Below are positions 1 to 7,872 of a stretch of 32,000 bases of DNA, one piece after another (the stretch's first letter is position 1; each line of letters begins with the position of its first letter). The notes below the pieces were generated by a model. That model was not told the DNA's origin. It saw only the letters and a program-made list of their open reading frames with translations, and ran no database searches. The translations under genes were made by a program, and so were the position numbers. The stretch comes from Propionibacterium ruminifibrarum (GTDB lineage: Bacteria > Actinomycetota > Actinomycetes > Propionibacteriales > Propionibacteriaceae), in the NCBI RefSeq assembly GCF_900289195.1, contig NZ_OMOH01000014.1, positions 17,488 through 49,487 of the forward strand, written 5' to 3'.

Positions 1-1
1 C

Positions 2-1459
2 TACGGCCTCTTCCCGATCGGCTGGATCCTGCTGGCCGCCATCTGGATGTACCAGGTCACCGTCATCTCGGGCCGCTTCGACGACCTGCGGCGCACCTTC
101 TTCCTCATCTCCGACGACCCGCGCGTCCTGGGCATCCTCATCGCCTTCTGCTTCGGCGGTCTGCTCGAGGCCCTCGCCGGCTTCGGCGCCCCCGTCGCCA
201 TCGCCGCGGCCATGCTCATCGCCGTCGGCTTCGGCAAGCTGCGCGCCGCCGTCACCGCCCTGGTCGCCAACACCGTCCCCGTCGCCTTCGGCGCCGTGGG
301 CCTGCCCGTTCTGATGGCCGCCCGCACCGGCGGTCTCGAGGTCTCCCAGGTCGCCCCGGTCACCGCGCGCATCTGCGCCATCCTCTGTCTGGTCGTCCCC
401 TTCCTCATGCTCGGGATCATGGACGGCAAGCAGGGCATCAAGCAGTGCTGGCCCTTCGGCCTCTTCGTCGGCGTCATCTTCGGCGCCGTCAAGTGGGTCA
501 TCGCCGGCACCGGCCTGTACAACCTCACCGAGATCTTCGCCGCCGTCATCTCCGTCGGCCTGGCCATGATCTTCCTGCGCTTCTGGAAGCCCAAGGGCGG
601 CGCCGAGGCCGCCGAGCGCATCGGCATCCCCATGGACCCGGCACTCGAGACCGAGCCCGTCACCAAGAGCGAGGAGAGCGGCGCCAAGCTCACCACGGGT
701 CGCATCCTCATGGCCCTCGTCCCCTACATCCTCGTCATCGTGATCTTCGGCATCGCCGCCCTCCCCTCGGTCAAGGCCCTGCTCGCCAAGGCCGACGTGA
801 AGATGGCCTGGCCCGGCCTGGGTGACCTGCTGAGCACCACCGGCGCCGCCAACGCCCACCAGACCTACACGTGGCAGTGGCTGAGCACGCCCGGCTTCCT
901 GCTCATGATCGTCGCCATCCTGGTCGGCATCATCTACAAGGTCTCGGCCAAGGACCTGTTCGGCGAGCTGCTCGTCAACCTCAAGAAGATGAAGTTCTCG
1001 CTCATCACCATCGGCCTCGTCGTCGCCCTCGCCTACGTCATGGGCGACTCCGGCCAGACGCTGGCCCTGGGCCTGTTCATCGCCGGCGCCGGCGCCGTCT
1101 ACCCGTTCCTCGCCCCGATCCTCGGCTGGATCGGCACCTACGTGACCGGCTCCGACACCTCGGCGAACATCCTGTTCTCCGGCCTGCAGTCGGGCATCGG
1201 TGAGCAGGTCGGCGCCGCGCACGCCCTCGGTCTGGACGGCATGCGCTCCCTGCTCGTCGGCTCCGGTGCCGCCGGTGGTGTCGTCGGCAAGATGATCTCG
1301 CCCCAGTCCCTGACCGTTGCCGCCACCGCCATCGGCCTCGCCGGCGGCGAGTCCACGATTCTGCGCAAGGTGTTCAAGTACTCGATCATCCTCATCGTGT
1401 TCATGTGCATCATCGCCGGTCTGATGTCGACCCCGATCCTCAGCTGGCTGCTTCCCTGA
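2..1459 (+). CDS. lctP: L-lactate permease (LctP/LldP family), 5' end cut by window edge
   Basis: The frame is open from nt 2 (YGLFPIGWILLAAIWMYQV...) to the stop at 1457-1459. The product is polytopic and hydrophobic with LctP-like blocks (FGGLLEALAGFGAPVAI, GWIGTYVTGSDTSANILFSGLQ). GC3 bias is strong and lutABC follows directly. Confidence 0.85.
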   Translation, partial: YGLFPIGWILLAAIWMYQVTVISGRFDDLRRTFFLISDDPRVLGILIAFCFGGLLEALAGFGAPVAIAAAMLIAVGFGKLRAAVTALVANTVPVAFGAVGLPVLMAARTGGLEVSQVAPVTARICAILCLVVPFLMLGIMDGKQGIKQCWPFGLFVGVIFGAVKWVIAGTGLYNLTEIFAAVISVGLAMIFLRFWKPKGGAEAAERIGIPMDPALETEPVTKSEESGAKLTTGRILMALVPYILVIVIFGIAALPSVKALLAKADVKMAWPGLGDLLSTTGAANAHQTYTWQWLSTPGFLLMIVAILVGIIYKVSAKDLFGELLVNLKKMKFSLITIGLVVALAYVMGDSGQTLALGLFIAGAGAVYPFLAPILGWIGTYVTGSDTSANILFSGLQSGIGEQVGAAHALGLDGMRSLLVGSGAAGGVVGKMISPQSLTVAATAIGLAGGESTILRKVFKYSIILIVFMCIIAGLMSTPILSWLLP

Positions 1460-1501
1460 AGCTGATTCCTCTCGCCCATCAATGTCAACGGAGGTTCTTC
1501 C

Positions 1502-2296
1502 ATGACCACCACCACCTCGCCCGGCACCCGGGCCGGTACGTCGGGTCTTCCCGGCGCCGGTCTGGACGTCGCGGTGTTCATCACGTGTATCAATGACGTT
1601 CTGTTCCCGCAGACCGGCATCGCCATGACCAAGCTGCTGGAGCGTCTGGGCTGCAGGGTCCACTTCCCCAAGGAGCAGACCTGCTGTGCGCAGCTCACCA
1701 CGAACACCGGCTACTTCAAGGAGTCGATGGGCATGGTGGAGTCGTATGTGAAGGCCTACAGCGACTACGACTACGTCGTCGCGCCATCGGGCTCCTGCAT
1801 CGCCGCCGTGCGCGACCAGCACCCCATGCTGGCCGAGCACGCCGGTGACAAGGGCCTGATGCGCGACGTCGAGCACACCAGCAAGATCTCGCTGGACATC
1901 AGCGAGTTCCTGGTCGACGTCCTGGGCGTCACCGACGTGGGCGCCTACTTCCCGCACCTGGTTACCATCCACCCGAGCTGCCACGGCATGCGCCTGCTGA
2001 AGCTGGGCGACCGCCCCTTCAAGCTGCTCGAGAACGTCAAGGGCATGACGACGGTCGACCTGCCCGCCGCGGAGCAGTGCTGCGGCTTCGGCGGCACCTT
2101 CTCCGTCAAGAACCCTGACATGAGTTCCACGATGACGGCCGACAAGGCCCGTCACATCCGTGAGACCGGCGCCGAGTACGTCGTCGGCTGGGACAACTCC
2201 TGCCTGCTCAGCATCGGTGGTGTCCTCTCCCGCCAGAACGCCGGCGTGAAGGCCATCCACATGGTGGAGATCCTGGCCAACACCGAGGAGGACTGA
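1502..2296 (+). CDS. lutA: Lactate utilisation protein A (LutA/YkgE, CCG-domain Fe-S oxidoreductase)
   Basis: ATG 1502 is preceded by ACGGAGG. Cys-rich CCG-type motifs are present (KEQTCCAQL, AAEQCCGFGGTFS). lutB follows 5 nt later. Confidence 0.85.
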   Translation: MTTTTSPGTRAGTSGLPGAGLDVAVFITCINDVLFPQTGIAMTKLLERLGCRVHFPKEQTCCAQLTTNTGYFKESMGMVESYVKAYSDYDYVVAPSGSCIAAVRDQHPMLAEHAGDKGLMRDVEHTSKISLDISEFLVDVLGVTDVGAYFPHLVTIHPSCHGMRLLKLGDRPFKLLENVKGMTTVDLPAAEQCCGFGGTFSVKNPDMSSTMTADKARHIRETGAEYVVGWDNSCLLSIGGVLSRQNAGVKAIHMVEILANTEED

Positions 2297-2301
2297 CTGC
2301 C

Positions 2302-3834
2302 ATGACCACTGAACTGCGTCGCATCACCGAGGGCAACTACGGCGTCGCCCGCCTGACGCCCGCGCCCGAGCACGGCGGCACCTTCCTGGGACAGCCGAAG
2401 TTCCCCAAGGCCGTCAAGAACGAGCTCAAGCTCGTCGTCCAGCGCAAGAACATGCGCAACGCCACGACGACGATCCGCAACAAGCGCGCCCTGCGCGTGA
2501 CCGAGACCCCCAACTGGGAGGACATCCGTCAGGCCGCCTACGAGGTCAAGAACCGCGTCGGCCGTCACCTCGACTACTACCTGGAGCAGGCCGAGAAGTC
2601 CCTCACCGCCAACGGCGTCCACGTGCACTGGGCCCGCGACGCCGAGGAGGCCAACCGCATCGTCGGTGAGATCGCCAAGGCCAAGGGCGTCCAGGAGGTC
2701 GTGAAGATCAAGTCGATCACCACGCAGGAGACCGACCTGAACGAGCACCTCGAGGAGCAGGGCATCGCCGCCTGGGAGACCGACCTCGCCGAACTCATCG
2801 TCCAGCTCGGCCACGACCGTCCCAGCCACATCGTGGTTCCCGGCATCCACCGCAACCGCGCCGAGGTCCGTGAGATCTTCCTGCGCGAGATGAAGAACTA
2901 CGGCCGCCCGTGCCCCGAGGACATCACGTCCAACCCGCCCGAACTGGCCAACGCCGCCCGCCTGCACCTGCGCGAGAAGTTCCTGCGCGCCAAGGTCGCC
3001 GTCTCCGGCGCCAACTTCATCCTCGCCGACACCGGGTCGCTGGTGATCGTCGAGTCCGAGGGCAACGGCCGCATGTGCCTGACCCTGCCCGACACGCTCA
3101 TCTCGCTCGTCGGCATCGAGAAGGTCCTGCCGAGCTATGACGACCTCGAGATCTTCCTCAAGCTGCTGCCGCGCTCGGCCACCGGTGAGCGCATGAACCC
3201 GTACAACTCCGTGTGGAGCGGCGTCACCCCGAACGACGGCCCGCAGGAGCAGCACGTGGTCTTCATGGACAACGGCCGCACGAACGTGCTCGCCGATCCG
3301 GTCGGCCGCGAGGTGCTGCGCTGCATCCGCTGCGCGTCCTGCATCAACGTCTGCCCGGTCTACGAGCGGGCCGGCGGCCACGCCTACGGTTCGGTCTACC
3401 CGGGCCCGATCGGCATCACGCTGACCCCGCAGCTGCGCGGCATCGATGACCCGGTCGACCGCGGCATGCCCTATGCCTGCACCCTGTGCGCGGCCTGCGT
3501 CGAGGTCTGCCCGGTCAAGATCCCGTTCACCGACATCATCGTCCACCTGCGCAACCGCGTCGCCGACGCCGAGCGCAAGGAGTTCTCGACCGATGTCGAG
3601 GTTGCCGCCGAGAAGGCCCTCATGAAGGCCGCGGCCTGGGTGCTCGGCGACTACAAGCACTGGGAGACGACGATGTACGCCACCCGCGCCGCCGGCCGCG
3701 TGGTGGGCAAGCACAAGATCGGCCCGCTGCCCGTGCCGGTCGCCAACCGGTGGCTCGACTACCGCAACGTCGATCACATTCCCAGCCAGACGTTCCGCGA
3801 CTGGTGGAAGGCCAACCGCGGAGAGGAGAAGTGA
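2302..3834 (+). CDS. lutB: Lactate utilisation protein B (LutB/YkgF, 4Fe-4S protein)
   Basis: 510-aa ORF with two ferredoxin-type clusters (CIRCASCINVCPVY and CTLCAACVEVCPVK) following a LUD-like N-terminal region. Confidence 0.9.
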   Translation: MTTELRRITEGNYGVARLTPAPEHGGTFLGQPKFPKAVKNELKLVVQRKNMRNATTTIRNKRALRVTETPNWEDIRQAAYEVKNRVGRHLDYYLEQAEKSLTANGVHVHWARDAEEANRIVGEIAKAKGVQEVVKIKSITTQETDLNEHLEEQGIAAWETDLAELIVQLGHDRPSHIVVPGIHRNRAEVREIFLREMKNYGRPCPEDITSNPPELANAARLHLREKFLRAKVAVSGANFILADTGSLVIVESEGNGRMCLTLPDTLISLVGIEKVLPSYDDLEIFLKLLPRSATGERMNPYNSVWSGVTPNDGPQEQHVVFMDNGRTNVLADPVGREVLRCIRCASCINVCPVYERAGGHAYGSVYPGPIGITLTPQLRGIDDPVDRGMPYACTLCAACVEVCPVKIPFTDIIVHLRNRVADAERKEFSTDVEVAAEKALMKAAAWVLGDYKHWETTMYATRAAGRVVGKHKIGPLPVPVANRWLDYRNVDHIPSQTFRDWWKANRGEEK

Positions 3835-3836
3835 CC

Positions 3837-4493
3837 ATGGACGCCAAGCAGGAGATTCTCGCTCGCATCCGCCGGGCCACGGTGGACGTCACCGAGAAGG
3901 ACCCGGTCAAGGACCAGCCCGTCAACTGGACCTACGGCCTGGGCATCGAGATGGATGACGTCGTGGGCACCTTCGAGCAGAAGGTCATCGACTACTCCGC
4001 CACCGTCGTGCGGTCGAAGCCGGCCGGCGTGCCGGAGGCCGTCGTCGCCGGGCTGAAGGCCACCGGCGCCACGGACTCGGTCGTCGTCCCCGCCGGGCTG
4101 GAGAAGTCCTGGCAGGACGCCATGACCGCCGCCGGTTTCGAGGTCCGTGTCGACGAGCCGCAGCTCTCCCACGAGACCCTCGACCAGACCGACGCCGTCG
4201 TCACGGCAGCCGCCTCCGGCATCGCCGACACCGGCACCATCGTGCTCGACCACACCGAGGACCAGGGCCGCCGCGCCCTGTCCCTGGTACCCGACCGGCA
4301 CGTCTGCGTGGTCAAGGCCTCGCAGGTGGTCTCCGACGTCCCCGAGTCGGTGCAGAACCTGCGCCCCTCGGTCGAGGCCGGCCACCCGCTGACCTTCATC
4401 TCCGGCGGCTCGGCCACGAGCGACATCGAGCTGTCCCGCGTGGACGGCGTGCACGGTCCCCGCACCCTCTACGTGGTGCTCGTCGAGGACTGA
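3837..4493 (+). CDS. lutC: Lactate utilisation protein C (LutC/YkgG, LUD domain)
   Basis: In-frame ATG at 3837 (MDAKQEILARIRRA...) lies 2 nt after the lutB stop. The longer 3486 start would overlap lutB by about 350 nt and is rejected. Confidence 0.85.
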   Translation: MDAKQEILARIRRATVDVTEKDPVKDQPVNWTYGLGIEMDDVVGTFEQKVIDYSATVVRSKPAGVPEAVVAGLKATGATDSVVVPAGLEKSWQDAMTAAGFEVRVDEPQLSHETLDQTDAVVTAAASGIADTGTIVLDHTEDQGRRALSLVPDRHVCVVKASQVVSDVPESVQNLRPSVEAGHPLTFISGGSATSDIELSRVDGVHGPRTLYVVLVED

Positions 4494-4515
4494 GCCTTCC
4501 TCACACCAACCGACC

Positions 4516-4558
4516 GCGGCGGGGCCGACACACCCACTGGGCGTGCCGGCCCCGCCGC
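4516..4558 (+). terminator. GC-rich hairpin terminator after lutC
   Basis: Perfect 12-bp arms GCGGCGGGGCCG (4516-4527) and CGGCCCCGCCGC (4547-4558), with partly self-pairing loop sequence, 23 nt after the lutC stop. There is only a weak T run (GTTGT). Confidence 0.55.
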
Positions 4559-4670
4559 GTTGTCGGACATGCGCGTCCGCGCCGCCTTGGTTAGGGTTGA
4601 ATGACGCCCGTCCGGGAACGGCACGGTCCGGTGCCACCGCCCCGATCAATCACGCAAGGAGCCCCCGTCC

Positions 4671-5021
4671 ATGGCCGAGACACGCAAGCACAACCCCCGC
4701 ACCAGCAGCATCGGCGAGCGGGTGAGGGAGGCCATCGGCGGGGTGCCGCGCGTGAACCCTCCGGACCACGACGAGAGCCCCGCCGCCGGCGACGACCCCT
4801 TCGTGACCGCTCCGGAACCCGAACTCGACGAGGCCCCGATCATCGGTGCCGCCGCCGACCCGATGGGCGGGTACACGCTGCGTGCCGGTGACCAGCCGGG
4901 ACTCATCACGCTCGGCGCCGACCAGCTGGGCCGGCTGGCCAGGGTCATCCGCACCGAGGACGCCCCCGGTGACGGGGACGAGGACGACGAGTTCTGGGAC
5001 GACGAGGACATCGAACCCTGA
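4671..5021 (+). CDS. Hypothetical acidic protein (116 aa), no family recognised
   Basis: ATG is preceded by AAGGAG about 10 nt upstream. GC3 is very high throughout. The C-terminus is Asp/Glu-rich (GDGDEDDEFWDDEDIEP). Confidence 0.6.
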   Translation: MAETRKHNPRTSSIGERVREAIGGVPRVNPPDHDESPAAGDDPFVTAPEPELDEAPIIGAAADPMGGYTLRAGDQPGLITLGADQLGRLARVIRTEDAPGDGDEDDEFWDDEDIEP

Positions 5022-5053
5022 CCGGCGCGCCTGGCGCGTGACGGCCGAGGGGC

Positions 5054-6439
5054 TCAGCCCCGCCTGCGCAACGCGTCGACGTCCAAGACCTCCGCCTGGC
5101 CGGCGTCGATGCCCTCGGCGGCCTCCTCCCACGGATCGTGGACGGGGCCCTCGTCCCCCTCCAGGTCATCGACGAATCCCAGGGAGGGGTCGTAGGGGTT
5201 GATCAGCCGGTGATCGCCGCCGTCGACCGTCACGAGCACGTCCCTGCTCATCGCCTCGTCCGGCAGCGTGTTCAGCACATCGCGGACGTAGCCCTTGGTC
5301 GCCTTGACCAGGGGCGCCTCGCGGTCCTCCCGCTGGGACATGTACCAGCGGTAGTCGAGGACCTCGTGGTAGATCTGGGCGGGGTCGCGTTTGCCGCTCA
5401 GCTCGGGCGGAATCGCGCTGATGACCGGTTCGAAGCATTCGGTGAGCCACTGGTGGGCCACGACGGACTCGTCGGCGTCCTGCAACTGCATCCGCGCCCG
5501 GAAGGTGTCCAGGTCGTTGAGCAGCCGCCTGGCCTGGTTCTCCTCCGTGTCGAGCCCGGTCAGGCGCATGAGGCGCCGGGAGTGGTGTCCCGCGTCGACG
5601 ACCTTCGGCTGGATCGAGATCGTCCGGCCGTCGGGGCTGGTCTGGATGTCGAGCTCGGCGACGTCGAAGCCCAGGGCGTTGAGGCGGCGCACGCGGGACT
5701 CGATGCGGTACAGCTCCGAGTCGGAGAACTCCTCGAGACCGGTCAACTCGTCCCACAACTCGTGGTACCGCGACTCGATCGTCTCGACGAGGCTGAGCGG
5801 GTCGAGCGACTCGTCCAGCAGGCCGCCGGCCTCGAGATCGCAGAAGTCGCCGAAGATGTTGACGCGCGCGATCTCGAGGTCGTGGGAGCGCTGACCGTCG
5901 GTGAGCTGGTCGTGCAGCTCACCGGTCTCCGCGTCGACGAGGTAGGCGGCGAAGGTGTCCGCGTCGCGGCGGAAGAGGATGTTCGACAGGGAGACGTCCC
6001 CCCACATGAAGCCCAGCAGGTGGAGGCGGGCCAGCAGGACGACCATGGCGTCGAGCAGGCGCATGACGGTGTCGTGGCGCACGCCGGGGCTGAACAGTGA
6101 GCGGTAGGGCAACGCGAAGTCCAGGTGTCTCGTGATGAGAACGGGGTCGAGCGGGACGCCGTCGGCGTCGACGCGTCCGCTGACCACGGCGACGGGTTCC
6201 ACCGAGGGGGTGCCGAGACGCCTCAGATCGTGTAGCAGACGGTACTCGTGGATGGCCACGTGCTCGACGACCTCCTTGGCGCCGTAGACCTGGTCACCCA
6301 CCTTGATGAACCGCACGACGTGGCGTGAGATGCCGCGCGGAAGCGCGACGAGATGCTCAACCGGCCATTCAGCCAGCGGTGTGCCCCAGGGCAGGGGAAT
6401 GAGCCGGGCATCCGGCTTCGCTGACAGAAATCGTGGCAC
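5054..6439 (-). CDS. DUF4032-type protein with N-terminal atypical (RIO/Kdo-kinase-like) kinase fold
   Basis: Long GC3-biased ORF. It has an N-terminal LPWGTPLAEWP motif, a catalytic-loop-like LHLLGFMWGDVSLSNILF and a metal-binding-like AYLVDAETGE. I prefer the GTG start at 6439 because the ATG at 6499 would place a perfect 16-bp hairpin inside codons 2-13. The start remains uncertain (alternative 6499). Confidence 0.65.
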   Translation of the reverse strand: MPRFLSAKPDARLIPLPWGTPLAEWPVEHLVALPRGISRHVVRFIKVGDQVYGAKEVVEHVAIHEYRLLHDLRRLGTPSVEPVAVVSGRVDADGVPLDPVLITRHLDFALPYRSLFSPGVRHDTVMRLLDAMVVLLARLHLLGFMWGDVSLSNILFRRDADTFAAYLVDAETGELHDQLTDGQRSHDLEIARVNIFGDFCDLEAGGLLDESLDPLSLVETIESRYHELWDELTGLEEFSDSELYRIESRVRRLNALGFDVAELDIQTSPDGRTISIQPKVVDAGHHSRRLMRLTGLDTEENQARRLLNDLDTFRARMQLQDADESVVAHQWLTECFEPVISAIPPELSGKRDPAQIYHEVLDYRWYMSQREDREAPLVKATKGYVRDVLNTLPDEAMSRDVLVTVDGGDHRLINPYDPSLGFVDDLEGDEGPVHDPWEEAAEGIDAGQAEVLDVDALRRRG

Positions 6440-6460
6440 GGGACCAGTGTGCCACCCGGC

Positions 6461-6495
6461 GGCGTCCAGCGGGGCGTTTCGCCCCGCTGGACGCC
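6461..6495 (-). terminator. Perfect 16-bp hairpin between metB and the DUF4032 gene
   Basis: GGCGTCCAGCGGGGCG-TTT-CGCCCCGCTGGACGCC. It begins 26 nt downstream of the metB stop on the minus strand. No U-tract follows. Confidence 0.5.
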
Positions 6496-6521
6496 GCATC
6501 AGCGCAGGGTCATGGCCCCGG

Positions 6522-7709
6522 TCAGGCCTGCGCGGCCCGTGCCGCGCGCTCGAGGGCGGCGGTCAGGTCGGCCGTGAGATCACCGATGGGCTCGATGCCG
6601 ACCGACAGCCTCAGCAGGGAGTCGCTGATACCCGCCGCCGCCCTCGCCTCGGGCGTCATGCCCACATGGGTCATGGTCGCCGGGTGGGCCAGCAGTGACT
6701 CGGTGCCGCCGAGGGACTCCGCCAGGTCGATGGCGACCAGGCCCTCGGCGAAGGCCTTGACCGCCTCGAAGCCGCCGTCCAGCTCGAAGCTGAGCAGCGA
6801 GCCGAAACCGTTCTGCTGGCGGGCGGCCAGCTCATGGCCCGGATGATCGGGCAGGCCCGGGTAGTTGACGACCGGCACCATGTCGCTGGCCTGCAGCAGC
6901 TCGACGACGGCGGCCGTGTTCTCCTGGTGGACGCGCAGGCGCGCGTCGATCGTCCTCAGCCCGCGCAGGGTCAGCCACGAATCCCAGGAGCCGCCGGTCA
7001 GCCCGAGGGTGCCGGCCCAGTGCTGCACCTGCTCACCGAGCTCGGTGGTCGAGGAGACGACCACGCCGCCGACCACGTCGGAATGGCCGTTGATGAACTT
7101 CGTCGTGGAGTGCAGCACGACGTCGGCCCCCAGGTCGATGGGGTTCGACAGCAGCGGCGAGCAGAAGGTGTTGTCGGCCACGAGGAGCGCGCCGTGGGCG
7201 TGGGCGAGTTCGGCGGTGGCGGCGATGTCGGTGATGCGCAGGAGCGGGTTCGAGGGCGTCTCGACCAGGACCAGCTCGGCCGGGGCGGCCAGGGCGGCCT
7301 GGACCTGGCCGGGATCGGCCATGTCGATGAAGTCGATCTCGATCCGTTCGCGGGAGGCCAGGTGGTCGAGCAGCCGCCACGTGCCGCCGTAGCAGTCGGC
7401 GGGGGCGACGACGCGTCCCCGCGGCCCGACGAGCGCCTCAATGGTGGTGGTGATCGCGCCCAGACCCGAGGCGGTGACGGTGGCGTCGACGCCGTGCTCC
7501 AGGTCGGCGAGCGCGCGGGCCAGCAGGGAGCGGGTCGGGTTGGTCGTGCGGGCGTAGTCGAAGGGCGGTTTCCCCTGGCCGAGGCAGGGGAAACGGTAGT
7601 TGGTGCTCGGGTACAGGACGGGGGTCACCGAACCGTATTGGGTGTCCGTGTCGAAGCCGGCGCGCACGGCGCGGGCGAGGGGGGACAGTGCGGGCTCTTC
7701 CTGGCTCAT
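6522..7709 (-). CDS. metB: Cystathionine gamma-synthase (Cys/Met-metabolism PLP enzyme)
   Basis: ATG 7709 is preceded by AGGAGG. The PLP-lysine motif HSTTKFINGHSD is present. Long blocks are colinear with E. coli MetB as I remember it (ARQQNGFGSLLSFELDG, LAESLGGTESLLAHPATMTHVGMTPEARAAAGIS). The upstream extension to 7952 is rejected. Confidence 0.85.
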   Translation of the reverse strand: MSQEEPALSPLARAVRAGFDTDTQYGSVTPVLYPSTNYRFPCLGQGKPPFDYARTTNPTRSLLARALADLEHGVDATVTASGLGAITTTIEALVGPRGRVVAPADCYGGTWRLLDHLASRERIEIDFIDMADPGQVQAALAAPAELVLVETPSNPLLRITDIAATAELAHAHGALLVADNTFCSPLLSNPIDLGADVVLHSTTKFINGHSDVVGGVVVSSTTELGEQVQHWAGTLGLTGGSWDSWLTLRGLRTIDARLRVHQENTAAVVELLQASDMVPVVNYPGLPDHPGHELAARQQNGFGSLLSFELDGGFEAVKAFAEGLVAIDLAESLGGTESLLAHPATMTHVGMTPEARAAAGISDSLLRLSVGIEPIGDLTADLTAALERAARAAQA

Positions 7710-7714
7710 GGGTG

Positions 7715-7800
7715 CCTCCTGGTCGTGCATGGGCGCTGCCGACGCCCTGATCCGACGATAGCCGCCCGGCCCCCGCCGCGCCGACGGGTTCACCAGGAGG
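7715..7800 (-). promoter_or_regulatory. Candidate SD-sequestering leader helix of metB
   Basis: On the minus-strand RNA, CCUCCUGGU (7800-7792) is perfectly complementary to ACCAGGAGG (7723-7715). The latter contains the metB SD, 5 nt before the AUG. A 68-nt GC-rich insert lies between the two arms. Confidence 0.35.
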
Positions 7801-7803
7801 ACA

Positions 7804-7846
7804 GCATGAGGGGCGGGCCCGGACCAAGCGGGCCCGCCCCTCATGC
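7804..7846 (-). terminator. Strong hairpin terminator after msiK
   Basis: 17-bp perfect arms GCATGAGGGGCGGGCCC / GGGCCCGCCCCTCATGC (18 bp with G7821-C7829) and a 7-nt loop, 27 nt after the msiK stop. Confidence 0.6.
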
Positions 7847-7872
7847 GGCCGGGCGAGTTGTTGTGTCGGGGA

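Noticed and set aside
2152-3777. 541-aa ORF antisense to lutB, together with similar long antisense or off-frame ORFs (11144-12523, 13015-14319, 15148-16383, 18633-20285, 25784-27418, 29376-31640, 3774-4649, 6834-7976).
   Set aside because: Their compositions are Arg/Gly/Asp/Pro/Ala-rich and low-complexity, typical of shadow frames in high-GC DNA. Each overlaps a sense-strand gene with clear family motifs and proper GC3 phasing.
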